A program made the translations under genes and the position numbers. From Methylobacteriaceae bacterium (GTDB taxonomy: Bacteria; Pseudomonadota; Alphaproteobacteria; Rhizobiales; Beijerinckiaceae), in NCBI GenBank assembly GCA_016793505.1, contig JAEULW010000160.1:4756-68755 (forward strand): a stretch of DNA of 64,000 nt, given 5' to 3'. Below the pieces are notes generated by a model. That model ran no database searches. It was not told where the DNA came from and saw nothing but the letters and a program-made list of their open reading frames with translations. Positions 25,729 through 34,239 of this stretch are shown here, one piece after another. Within the stretch, counting starts at the first letter, position 1. Every line of letters starts with the position of its first letter.

Positions 25729-27660
25729 TCACCCGGCGACGTGCCGGTAGATGTCGGGCAAGGCCTCGAGCAGCTTTTCGGCGTCCGGCGTCATCGCGAA
25801 TCCGTTCTGACCAAAAATATGTGGAATGTAGTCGCGCGCGCGCGCGTCGACCGTGATCGCAAACACCGCCTGTCCGATGCGACGCGCCTCCTGCACGGCG
25901 CGGCGCGTGTCCTCGACGCCATGCCGGCCTTCATAGTGATCGAGATCATTCGGCTTGCCGTCCGTGATCACGAGCAGCAGGCGACGCTGGGCGTCGCGTC
26001 GGGCAAGATAGGCCGAAACATGGCGGATCGCGGCGCCCATGCGCGTATAGAAGCGGGGCGAGAGGCCCATGATCCGGCGGCGGATCGCGGTGTCATTGGC
26101 TTCGCCGAAGTCCTTCACGCGCTCGATCATGACGCGGTCGCGGCGCAGCGAGGAGAATGCGTGAACGGACACGGCGTCGCCGCACGCGTCGACCCCGCCG
26201 ACGAGCGCAACCAGCGCCTCGCGCGCGATCTCGATCACCGGGCGCCCGGCGACGGAACTTTCGGTGGAGCGCGAGACGTCGATGAGGACGCTGACGCAGA
26301 GATCGCGTTCGTCGTCACGGATCGCCTGGTAGAGGCGGTCGCTCGCCTGACCCGAAGCTCCGAGATCGCAATGCGCGCGCACGACCTCGTCGAGGTCGAG
26401 GTCGAACCCGTCGACTTGCCGCCTGACGATGCGGCGGCGCGGCCGCAGCGCCTCGAACTGCCGCTTGACGCGTTCAACACGGCGGCGCGTCCGCGGTCTG
26501 TCGAACGCGTCGGCGTCCTTCTCTTCTGCAAGGCGCTCCTGCACGCAGACGTGATCGGGCAGATAACTTCCGCTCTTCCAGTCCCATTCGGGATAGGTCG
26601 TCTCCCCGATCAGCCGCTCGCGGTCGACGTCGCGCGGCGAGAGATCGAGATGGAACTTCAACTTCGTCTTCGATGAACGCGAGTTTCTGGCCAGAGAAAT
26701 CTCGTCGAGGTCTTCTGCGGCCTTCCTGGCGTTGTCCTCGTCATCGTCCTCGATGGCGCGATTGATGTTGAGGAACTCGACCCAGGACATGATCGATTCG
26801 AAGCGATGCAGAATCAGGCTGTCCTTTCGGTTGGCCTGATCGGCGTCATGGCGCTTTGCGCGCAGGGTTTTTTCCGACCCCTCGTTCGACGGAGCGCCGG
26901 GCGCGGCCGGATCATCGTCGGCCTGGCCGCGGTCCGCCGGACGTTCGGGGGCCAACAGCGGCCACATGGCGACGGGACGAAACGTCTTGTAGTCGTCCGG
27001 CGTCGCCAGGTCGGCAGGATCGCCGTCGCCGAGGATGGCGGCGTGCATGCGGTTGGCCTCGAGCGGCGCGTCGGCGAGCAGCAACCGGATCGCCTGCTCG
27101 AGTTCCGCTTCGACCGGCGGCAGACGCGGCGTCGGCCGCGATGCGAGCAAAGCGGCGGCGAGTTCGGCGCGAACCGCGCGCAGGCCAGGCATCGCCCGGA
27201 GCAGCGACTGCTCGGCGGCGTGAAGCGCTCGCAGCATCGCGACGTCGCTGGCCAGCGGCGCTTCGGGTGCGATGAACGGCGTCTCGACGAACGCCGCGAG
27301 CGCGGCAATCCAGAGGTAGAGGCGGCGGTTGAGCGCTACTTCGGGAAACAGCGCAACAGCGGCGGGCAAGGCGAGCGTCTGGCCGTCATAGCTGGCGCGC
27401 GTCACATGATCCACGTCATGGCCGAGGCGGCGCCGGCCGGTGACGCGGCTGCGGCTGGCCGTCGCCGCCGAAGGCAGGATCTCGGCGCCGGTTGCGCCGC
27501 CCGCGGCGCGATAGAAAAGGCCGACCGATGTCGACACCGAGGGGTAGTCGATGGCGGCTTCCGGATAGCGCGGCTCGGCGCCCCAGTCGCGCACGACGTC
27601 ATGCCATGCCGAGCCAACGGTCTCCTCCGGCTCCCAGAAGTGCGGAATGCGTATCGCCAC
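25729..27660 (-). CDS. norD: NorD, von Willebrand factor A-domain NOR activation protein
   Basis: GTG start with GAGGAA upstream. C-terminal VWA domain (VLIDVSRST...LLLVITDGKPND...AITVD). Confidence 0.9.
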   Translation of the reverse strand: MAIRIPHFWEPEETVGSAWHDVVRDWGAEPRYPEAAIDYPSVSTSVGLFYRAAGGATGAEILPSAATASRSRVTGRRRLGHDVDHVTRASYDGQTLALPAAVALFPEVALNRRLYLWIAALAAFVETPFIAPEAPLASDVAMLRALHAAEQSLLRAMPGLRAVRAELAAALLASRPTPRLPPVEAELEQAIRLLLADAPLEANRMHAAILGDGDPADLATPDDYKTFRPVAMWPLLAPERPADRGQADDDPAAPGAPSNEGSEKTLRAKRHDADQANRKDSLILHRFESIMSWVEFLNINRAIEDDDEDNARKAAEDLDEISLARNSRSSKTKLKFHLDLSPRDVDRERLIGETTYPEWDWKSGSYLPDHVCVQERLAEEKDADAFDRPRTRRRVERVKRQFEALRPRRRIVRRQVDGFDLDLDEVVRAHCDLGASGQASDRLYQAIRDDERDLCVSVLIDVSRSTESSVAGRPVIEIAREALVALVGGVDACGDAVSVHAFSSLRRDRVMIERVKDFGEANDTAIRRRIMGLSPRFYTRMGAAIRHVSAYLARRDAQRRLLLVITDGKPNDLDHYEGRHGVEDTRRAVQEARRIGQAVFAITVDARARDYIPHIFGQNGFAMTPDAEKLLEALPDIYRHVAG

Positions 27661-27751
27661 GCCCGTTTCCTCGGCCTTTCCGTCGAAGCGGGAGGCAGGC
27701 TCTTGCGCCCTTGCCGCCCGCCGCAGTGAAGTCGCCCGACCGCGGCGCCGC

Positions 27752-28570
27752 TCAGCCGAAGACGGCGACTACCAGGTCTGTGAGCGCGCGCTTCACGTCG
27801 GGGTCGTCGGTCAGCGGCTCGATGAGCGCTACTTCGATGGCGTCATTGATCTTCATGCCGGCGTGAATGAGCGCGCCGGCATAGACCAGCAGGCGCGTCG
27901 AGGCGCCTTCCTCCAGATCGCGACCCTTGAGCTTGCGGATGTGACCTGCCAGTGCGACGAGCCGCTCGGCGACATTGCGACTGACGCCGGTCTCGGCGAC
28001 GAGGACCTCGGCTTCGACCGCCGCCGGCGGATAGTCGAACTCGATCGCCATGAAGCGCTGGCGCGTGGAGGGCTTGAGGCTTTTCAGGATGTTCTGGTAA
28101 CCGGGATTGTAGGACACGACGAGCATGAAGTCGTCGGGCGCGGCAAGCGTCTCACCAGTGCGGTCGAGCGGCAGAATGCGCCGGTCGTCGGTCAGCGGAT
28201 GAAGAACGACCGTGACGTCCTTGCGCGCCTCGACGACCTCGTCGAGATAGCAGACGCCGCCGGATCGCACCGCGCGGGTCAAGGGACCGTCCTGCCAGAT
28301 CGTCTCGCCGCCGCGAATGAGCCAGCGCCCCGTCAGGTCGGACGCTGTCAGATCGTCGTGACAGGACACGGTCGTCAGCGGTATGCCGAGGCGTGCGGCC
28401 ATGTGCGCGACAAAGCGCGTCTTGCCGCAGCCGGTCGGTCCCTTGACCAGCAAGGGCATGCGATTGCGGAACGCAGCCTCGAATACGGCGCATTCCCTGC
28501 CGATCTCGCGATAGTAGGGGATCGGCTGGCCGCCAGTCGTCACGGGGTTCGTCATGGGGGCGTTCATCAT
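27752..28570 (-). CDS. norQ: NorQ, MoxR/CbbQ-type AAA+ ATPase
   Basis: ATG 28570 gives 272 aa. Walker A LVKGPTGCGKT and Walker B VCYLDEV. The N-terminal 347 aa of track ORF 27752..29611 are antisense to norB and were discarded. Confidence 0.9.
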   Translation of the reverse strand: MMNAPMTNPVTTGGQPIPYYREIGRECAVFEAAFRNRMPLLVKGPTGCGKTRFVAHMAARLGIPLTTVSCHDDLTASDLTGRWLIRGGETIWQDGPLTRAVRSGGVCYLDEVVEARKDVTVVLHPLTDDRRILPLDRTGETLAAPDDFMLVVSYNPGYQNILKSLKPSTRQRFMAIEFDYPPAAVEAEVLVAETGVSRNVAERLVALAGHIRKLKGRDLEEGASTRLLVYAGALIHAGMKINDAIEVALIEPLTDDPDVKRALTDLVVAVFG

Positions 28571-28623
28571 GGCTCCTGCGGGGCCCGTGTGTGCGGGCGC
28601 GCCGGTAGGGCGCGCCCGGCGCG

Positions 28624-29994
28624 TCATTCGGCCGGCGACAGCGCGGCGCCTTCCAGACCGGTCGCTTCCTTGCGCGGACCGATCGTCGCGTAGATGAAGA
28701 TCAGCGCGCCGACGACGACGGCGACGCCGGCGCCGAAACGCATCCAGTAGAAGAGCGCGAGCTGATCCTGCACCTCCATGAAGCTCATGCCCATGACGCG
28801 CTGCAGATGCGTCTGGACCGCTCCGGCGAAGGTCAGCACGAAGGTCATGAAGGCCATCGCGCTCGACATCATCCAGAACGACACCATGTTGGCGATCTGG
28901 TTGTAGGGATTGATGCGGAAGATGGAGGGGAACGCATAGGTCATGATCGCCAGGTTCAGCGAGACGTAGGCGCCGAAGAAGGCGAGATGGCCGTGCGCTG
29001 CGGTCACCTGCGTTCCATGCGTGTAGTAGTTGATCGGATGCAGCGTGTGCATGAAGCCCCACACGCCGGCGCCGAAGAAGGCCAGCGTCGAGCAGCCGAG
29101 CGCCCACAGCAGCGCCGCCTTGTTGGGATGATTGCGCTTGCCCTTCCACACCATCATGAAGGTGAAGACGACCATGGCGAAGAAGGGGATCACTTCCAGC
29201 GACGAGAAGATCGAGCCGATCCAGGTCCAGTAGCCGGGCGCGCCGATCCAGTAGTAGTGGTGGCCGGTGCCCAGCACGCCGGTGAACAGCGAGGTCGCGA
29301 CGATCACGTAAAGCCACTTCTCGATGACCTCGCGGTCGACGCCGGTCAGCTTGAGCATGATGAAGGCGAGCACCGAAGCCATCACCAGCTCCCAGACGCC
29401 TTCCACCCACAGATGCACGACCCACCACCAGTAGATCTTGTCGAGCACGAGGTTGGCCGGGTTGTAGAGGCCGAAGAGGAAGAAGATGGCGATGCCCCAA
29501 AGGCCCAGCAACAGCACGTTGGTGATCGCCGTCTTGCGGCCGGCGAGCACCGTAAAGGTGATGTTGTAGAGGAAGGCGAGGGCTGCGACGACGATGCCGA
29601 GCTTGACCCACAGCGGCTGCTCGAGGAATTCACGGCCCTGCTTGCCGAGAATAGGGTTGCCGTCGAACAGGTTGAACATGTAGGTCAGCACCGCGCCGAG
29701 CGTGCCGACGACCAGCAGAATCAGCTGGAAGTAAGCGATGGCCGGCGAGTGGATTTCGCGCTCGGCCTCCTCGGGGATGATGTAGTAGGCCGCGCCGAAG
29801 AAGCCGAGCAGCAGCCAGACGATCAGCGCATTCGAGTGCAGCATGCGCAGAATGTTGAAGGGCAGCAGCTCGGACAGGAAATTCGGCTGCACGTAGACAT
29901 AGCCGGCGATGAGCCCCATCAGCACCTGGACGGCAAACAGCGCGAGCGCGGCGAACCAGTACCACTTGGCGATGGCTTGGGTTTCGTATTTCAT
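28624..29994 (-). CDS. norB: Nitric oxide reductase large subunit (cNOR)
   Basis: MKYETQAIAKWYWFAALALFAVQVLMGL..., 12-TM haem-copper oxidase fold, 456 aa. Confidence 0.95.
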   Translation of the reverse strand: MKYETQAIAKWYWFAALALFAVQVLMGLIAGYVYVQPNFLSELLPFNILRMLHSNALIVWLLLGFFGAAYYIIPEEAEREIHSPAIAYFQLILLVVGTLGAVLTYMFNLFDGNPILGKQGREFLEQPLWVKLGIVVAALAFLYNITFTVLAGRKTAITNVLLLGLWGIAIFFLFGLYNPANLVLDKIYWWWVVHLWVEGVWELVMASVLAFIMLKLTGVDREVIEKWLYVIVATSLFTGVLGTGHHYYWIGAPGYWTWIGSIFSSLEVIPFFAMVVFTFMMVWKGKRNHPNKAALLWALGCSTLAFFGAGVWGFMHTLHPINYYTHGTQVTAAHGHLAFFGAYVSLNLAIMTYAFPSIFRINPYNQIANMVSFWMMSSAMAFMTFVLTFAGAVQTHLQRVMGMSFMEVQDQLALFYWMRFGAGVAVVVGALIFIYATIGPRKEATGLEGAALSPAE

Positions 29995-30021
29995 CTGACG
30001 ATCCTCGAATTCGGGTCCGAC

Positions 30022-30474
30022 TCAGCCGGCATTGTTCGGCGGCCAGTTGTTCGTCTTGATCGTGCTCGACCATTCCAGGAACGAGATCAGATCGTCGAGT
30101 TCCTTCTCAGTGAACGCGAATTTGGGCATCTGCCGACGGCCGGGGATGCCGGTCGGCTGGTTCAGCATCCAGGCCTTGAGCGCCTCGCGCGCAACCTTGG
30201 GATCCTTGTCGCCGCCATAGCGGAGCCAGACATTGCCGAGTTCGGGCGCGAAATAGGCGCCCTCTCCGAGAATGGTGTGGCAGTTGATGCAGGCGTGGCG
30301 CTCCCATTGATGTTTGCCGTTGGCCACCGCGACCGTCAATTTCGATTCGTCGGTGGACACGGTGCGCGCATAGATGTGCGTATGCGCGACAAGTCCGACG
30401 AAGATCGCGAAGAAGAACAGCGAGCCGCCATAAAAGATGTTTCGCGCTGCGGATTTCGTGAGAAGTTCGCTCAT
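30022..30474 (-). CDS. norC: Nitric oxide reductase cytochrome c subunit
   Basis: ATG 30474 gives MSELLTKSAARNIFYGGSLFFFAIF... with CINCH, 150 aa. The upstream extension of the track ORF was rejected. Confidence 0.9.
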   Translation of the reverse strand: MSELLTKSAARNIFYGGSLFFFAIFVGLVAHTHIYARTVSTDESKLTVAVANGKHQWERHACINCHTILGEGAYFAPELGNVWLRYGGDKDPKVAREALKAWMLNQPTGIPGRRQMPKFAFTEKELDDLISFLEWSSTIKTNNWPPNNAG

Positions 30475-30574
30475 GCGCCTGCCCCGGAGTTCAGCCTGAC
30501 CGGGGCGCATAGTCCGGCGGCCCCCCCGGAGCGTCCTTGATGAATGGTAATCCGGAGGGTCAGGCCGGCGGCGC

Positions 30575-30588
30575 TTGTCGAAGGTCAA
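30575..30588. promoter_or_regulatory. Candidate FNR/NnrR-type box in the divergent norC / cysG-like promoter region (TTGTC-GAAG-GTCAA)
   Basis: TTG-N8-CAA dyad, 4 of 5 palindromic. Centred about 107 bp from the norC ATG and about 71 bp from the ATG at 30653. Confidence 0.5.
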
Positions 30589-30652
30589 GGCCGCAGCCCC
30601 GGCCGCAGCTATGTTCAGGCGACGCTGATCGGCGCTGCAGGAGATGTGAGTC

Positions 30653-31660
30653 ATGAGGGACGCGGGCGGCGCAGGCGAGGCGATAGGCGTCCTGTCGAAA
30701 TTGCCGGTCTTCCTGGAACTCGCGGGCCGTCGCGCGGTGGTTGCAGGCGATTCGTCGGGTCTGGCCTGGAAAGCGGAGCTTCTGGCGGCCGCCGGCGCGG
30801 ATGTGCTCGTACTCTCGCCCGATCCGTCGCCGGAAATGCGGGCGCTGCTCGCGCGTCCGCGCGCGGCAAGGACGGGCGTGATCACGTTCGAGGCGCGGGC
30901 GTGGTCAGCGGTGGATCTGGCAGGCGCGGCCGTGGCGGTGGCCGATCTCGCGGCGGACGAGGCCAAGGCGTTCAAGGCGGCGGCGCAAGCGGCCGGTGTG
31001 ATCGCCAACACCGTCGACAAGCCTGCGACCTGCGATTTCTACTTCGGCTCGATCGTCAGCCGTTCGCCGGTCGTGATCGGGATTTCCACCGACGGCCTCG
31101 CGCCGATCCTCGGTCAGGCGATCCGACGGGCGGTCGAAATCGCGGCGCCCGAATGGCTGGGCGGATGGGCCGAACTGGCGCGCGAGCTGCGTCCCGAAGC
31201 AATGCGACGGCTCGATCGCGGCGGGCAGCGGCGCGCCTTCTGGGAGGCGTTCTCGGACGCGGCGATGGCGGGGCCGCTCGACGAGGCGAGTCGCGCCGAC
31301 ATGATCGCGCATCTGCAGCAGATCGAGCGCGAAGGAAGCGGGCGCGCCGGATCGCTGCATGAGATCGTCGCGCCGTTGCATGCGGACTGTCTGCGCATCT
31401 GTGACGTCAAGCGCTTGCAGGCGGCGGACGTGATCATCGAGGAGCCGGGGGCGCCAGCCGCGATCCGCGTCTACTATCGGCGCGAGGCGAGGCGGTTGCG
31501 GGTCGGCGCCGCGGATGCGCCGGGCCAGATCGGCGCGACGGCGCTCGACGGTCTGTGCGCCGGCGAGGCGAGTGCCGGCAAGCGCGTCGTCGTGGTTCGC
31601 GCAGCGGGCGGCGCCCGGTCGTGCCGGTGCGCACGCGTCGCGGAAAGGGCGACGCCATGA
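30653..31660 (+). CDS. CysG-derived precorrin-2 dehydrogenase / sirohydrochlorin ferrochelatase (SirC/Met8-like) with a decayed, truncated SUMT domain
   Basis: The N-terminal roughly 215 aa align by eye to the CysG N-domain (LPVFLELAGRRAVVAG..., ANTVDKPATCDFYFGSIV, VIGISTDGLAPILGQAIRR). Residues from about 225 follow the start of the SUMT domain, but GAGPGD is replaced by APLHAD and the ORF stops after about 110 aa. Confidence 0.65.
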   Translation: MRDAGGAGEAIGVLSKLPVFLELAGRRAVVAGDSSGLAWKAELLAAAGADVLVLSPDPSPEMRALLARPRAARTGVITFEARAWSAVDLAGAAVAVADLAADEAKAFKAAAQAAGVIANTVDKPATCDFYFGSIVSRSPVVIGISTDGLAPILGQAIRRAVEIAAPEWLGGWAELARELRPEAMRRLDRGGQRRAFWEAFSDAAMAGPLDEASRADMIAHLQQIEREGSGRAGSLHEIVAPLHADCLRICDVKRLQAADVIIEEPGAPAAIRVYYRREARRLRVGAADAPGQIGATALDGLCAGEASAGKRVVVVRAAGGARSCRCARVAERATP

Positions 31661-31809
31661 CCGAATGGAAGATCGGACTCGTCGTCGCCCCGATCCTGAT
31701 CGCGAGCATGGCGATGCTGCTGTATCGACAACGCGCGATATCCAGGGCGACGCTGACGATCGCTCTGCTCGCCACGGGCGCGATAACGGCGGTCCTGTTC
31801 TCGACCTAG
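31657..31809 (+). CDS. Hypothetical 50-aa two-TM micro-protein
   Basis: ATG 31657 overlaps the upstream stop (ATGA). MTEWKIGLVVAPILIASMAMLLYRQRAISRATLTIALLATGAITAVLFST. Confidence 0.35.
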   Translation: MTEWKIGLVVAPILIASMAMLLYRQRAISRATLTIALLATGAITAVLFST

Positions 31810-31850
31810 GACCTGCGCGCCGACATTTTGTTCCGCCTCAGGTTCGGCTA

Positions 31851-31889
31851 GGCTGCGCCGACCGGATGGCCGAAGCGCGCGGCGCAGCC
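31851..31889. repeat. Perfect 10-bp inverted repeat with a 19-nt loop (hairpin or REP-like element)
   Basis: GGCTGCGCCG (31851-31860) pairs with CGGCGCAGCC (31880-31889). No T-tract follows, so it is not called as a terminator. Confidence 0.4.
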
Positions 31890-31941
31890 CGCGGGCGCCG
31901 GCGCGATCGGGCGATTTCGGGCGCAATCAGGCGGCAAGGCC

Positions 31942-32268
31942 ATGATCGACGGCGAGACGGACGAACACGATCCCCGGCTCCTGCTCCTGTCAGGGCGCGA
32001 CAATGTGCTGGTGGCGCGCGAGACAATCCGGCCTGGCGAAACGGTGCTGGTCGGCAGGCGCAAAGTCGTTCTGGCCCGCGGCGTCGCGCGCGGACACAAG
32101 CTGGCGCGCCTGCCGATCCCGGCCGGCGAGAAGATCCTCAAATACGGCGCGCCGATCGGGTCGGCGACACGGCCAATCGAGGTCGGCGAGCATGTTCATG
32201 TCCACAACGTGAAAAGCGACTACACGGCGACGCACCTGATCGACGCATCGGCGGGAGCGGAGCCATGA
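31942..32268 (+). CDS. UxaA-family dehydratase, small SAF-domain subunit
   Basis: About 108 aa with DNVLVARETIRPGE...GHKLARLPIPAGEKILKYGAPIG...GEHVHVHN, typical of the N-terminal SAF part of altronate/galactarate dehydratases. Confidence 0.7.
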   Translation: MIDGETDEHDPRLLLLSGRDNVLVARETIRPGETVLVGRRKVVLARGVARGHKLARLPIPAGEKILKYGAPIGSATRPIEVGEHVHVHNVKSDYTATHLIDASAGAEP

Positions 32269-33458
32269 GCCTGCGCGGCTATCTGCGACAGGACGGCCGC
32301 AAGGGCGTGCGCAACGTCGTCGTCGTCGCCTATCTGGTGGAGTGCGCGCATCATGTGGCGCGTCAGATCACCACGCGCTTCGAGGAGGCCGACGTTCATC
32401 TCATCGGCTTTCCTGGCTGCTTTCCGAACGCCTATGCGCAGCGCATGATGGAGCGCCTCTGCACGCATCCGAATGTCGGCGCCGCGCTACTGCTGTCGCT
32501 CGGCTGCGAGAGTTTCAACAAATATTCGCTGGAGCGGATCATCGCGGCGAGCGGCCGGCCGGTGTCGACGCTGACGATCCAGGAGGCGGGCGGAACGAAG
32601 GCGACGATCGAGGCGGGCCGCGCCTGGATCGCGACGCAGCTCGATATCCTGCGACGGCAGCCGCGCGTCGCGATGGGCGTCAGCGAGCTCGTCGTCGGCA
32701 CGGTGTGCGGCGGTTCGGACGGAACCAGCGGCCTCACCGGCAATCCCGCCGCCGGACGCGCCTTCGACAGGCTGGTGGCGGCAGGCGCCGCCTGCATCTT
32801 CGAGGAGACTGGCGAACTGATCGGCTGCGAGGAGATCATGGCGGCGCGCGCCGTCACGCCGGCGCTCGGCGAGGAGCTGAGGCGTTCGGTCGCCAAGGCG
32901 GCGCGCTATTACGCGACGCTCGGCTATGGCAGTTTCGCGCCGGGCAACGCCGATGGCGGGCTGACCACCATCGAGGAGAAGTCGATGGGCGCCTACGCCA
33001 AGTCGGGCGCCTCGCCGATCGCCGGCCTGATCAAGCCAGGGGACATTCCGCCACGCGGCGGGCTGTATCTGATGGACGTCGTGCCCGACGGCGAGGTGCG
33101 GTTCGGCTTCCCCAACATCTCGGACAATGCCGAGATCGTCGAAATGATCGCCTCGGGCTGCCAGGTCGTGTTCTTCATCACCGGACGCGGCTCGGTGTCG
33201 GGCTCGGCGCTCGCGCCGGTCATCAAGATCTGCGCCAATCCCGACACCTACCGCCGGCTCGCCGACGATATGGACGTCGACGCCGGGCGCATCCTCGAAG
33301 GCCGGGCGACGCTGGACGAGGTGGGCGAGGAGATTTATGCGCTGCTGCTGCGCGTGGCCTGCGGCGAGCAAACGAAGTCCGAGGCGCTCGGCCATCAGGA
33401 ATTCATTCTGACCTACAAGTCCTTCGAGCCGATCGGGCCGGCCTGTCTGCCGGTCTGA
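32265..33458 (+). CDS. UxaA-family dehydratase, large subunit
   Basis: ATG 32265 overlaps the previous stop (ATGA). GYLRQDGRKGVRN...GCES...CGGSDGTSG...VFFITGRGS is the UxaA C-terminal domain pattern. Confidence 0.75.
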   Translation: MSLRGYLRQDGRKGVRNVVVVAYLVECAHHVARQITTRFEEADVHLIGFPGCFPNAYAQRMMERLCTHPNVGAALLLSLGCESFNKYSLERIIAASGRPVSTLTIQEAGGTKATIEAGRAWIATQLDILRRQPRVAMGVSELVVGTVCGGSDGTSGLTGNPAAGRAFDRLVAAGAACIFEETGELIGCEEIMAARAVTPALGEELRRSVAKAARYYATLGYGSFAPGNADGGLTTIEEKSMGAYAKSGASPIAGLIKPGDIPPRGGLYLMDVVPDGEVRFGFPNISDNAEIVEMIASGCQVVFFITGRGSVSGSALAPVIKICANPDTYRRLADDMDVDAGRILEGRATLDEVGEEIYALLLRVACGEQTKSEALGHQEFILTYKSFEPIGPACLPV

Positions 33459-33470
33459 GCGACCGCGCCG

Positions 33471-34229
33471 TCAGGGCAGGGAGCGACGCTCGAGGCGTCG
33501 CACGAGCCATGACACGATGACGATGATGACCAGATACTCGACCACCAGAAAGGTGTAGATCTCGAGCGGCCTGTATTCGATCAATGTCAGCTCATTGGCC
33601 CGTCGCGTCAGCTCCTGATAGCCGATGACGGAGACGAGCGACGACATCTTCAACACATAAACGAACTGGTTGCCGAGCGCCGGCAGAATTTTTCGGATCG
33701 CCTGCGGCAGGATGACGAAGCGCATGACGTCACGCCGCGTCAGGCCGAGACTCTCGCCGGCCTCCCACTGGCCTTTGGGAATCGCCTGGATGCCGGCGCG
33801 GAAAATCTCGGCCTCGAAAGCCGAATCCGACAGCGACAGGGCGATCACGCCGGCCGCGAAGACGCCGAACTGGATGCCGGCGACGACGGGCAGGCCGTAA
33901 TAGACCCACAGGATCAGCACGAGCAGGGGAATCGAGCGGAACAGCTCGACATAGGTGCGGTTGAACAGGCGCAGCCAGCCGCGCTTCGACAGCGCGGCGA
34001 ACGCAACCAGCAGGCCGAGCGTCATGGCGATGAGGATTGACACGACGGAAATCAGCAGCGTCGCCCAGAAGCCGGCGGTCAGGAACAGCAGGTTGGCGAG
34101 GCCGCGCTGATCAAAGGGCAACACAACGTGCCAGCCCCAGGTGTAGCCGGGGCCGGCGCATCCGGAGAGCGCCAGCGCGGCGGCAGCCACGACGACGAAG
34201 GCTGCGAGCCGCCGCGCCGAAATGCTCAT
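33471..34229 (-). CDS. Amino-acid ABC transporter permease (His/Glu/Gln/Arg/opine family)
   Basis: ATG 34229. EAA-loop region EAGESLGLTRRDVMRFVILPQA. Confidence 0.8.
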   Translation of the reverse strand: MSISARRLAAFVVVAAAALALSGCAGPGYTWGWHVVLPFDQRGLANLLFLTAGFWATLLISVVSILIAMTLGLLVAFAALSKRGWLRLFNRTYVELFRSIPLLVLILWVYYGLPVVAGIQFGVFAAGVIALSLSDSAFEAEIFRAGIQAIPKGQWEAGESLGLTRRDVMRFVILPQAIRKILPALGNQFVYVLKMSSLVSVIGYQELTRRANELTLIEYRPLEIYTFLVVEYLVIIVIVSWLVRRLERRSLP

Positions 34230-34239
34230 CGACCGGTCT

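Noticed and set aside
27752-29611. 619-aa ORF suggesting a NorQ with a 347-aa N-terminal extension.
   Set aside because: The extension runs through norB in another frame and is low-complexity Arg/His/Leu-rich. The internal ATG at 28570 gives a normal 272-aa NorQ. The same logic was applied to the long track ORFs 30022-31020 (norC), 31515-33458 (UxaA large subunit), 35097-36275 (XRE-cupin), 37509-39038 (reductase), 39598-40794 (SBP), 44470-45555 (TauE), 45821-48949 (soxA), 58612-59727 (nosF), 59490-60749 (nosH) and 60545-61504 (nosG).
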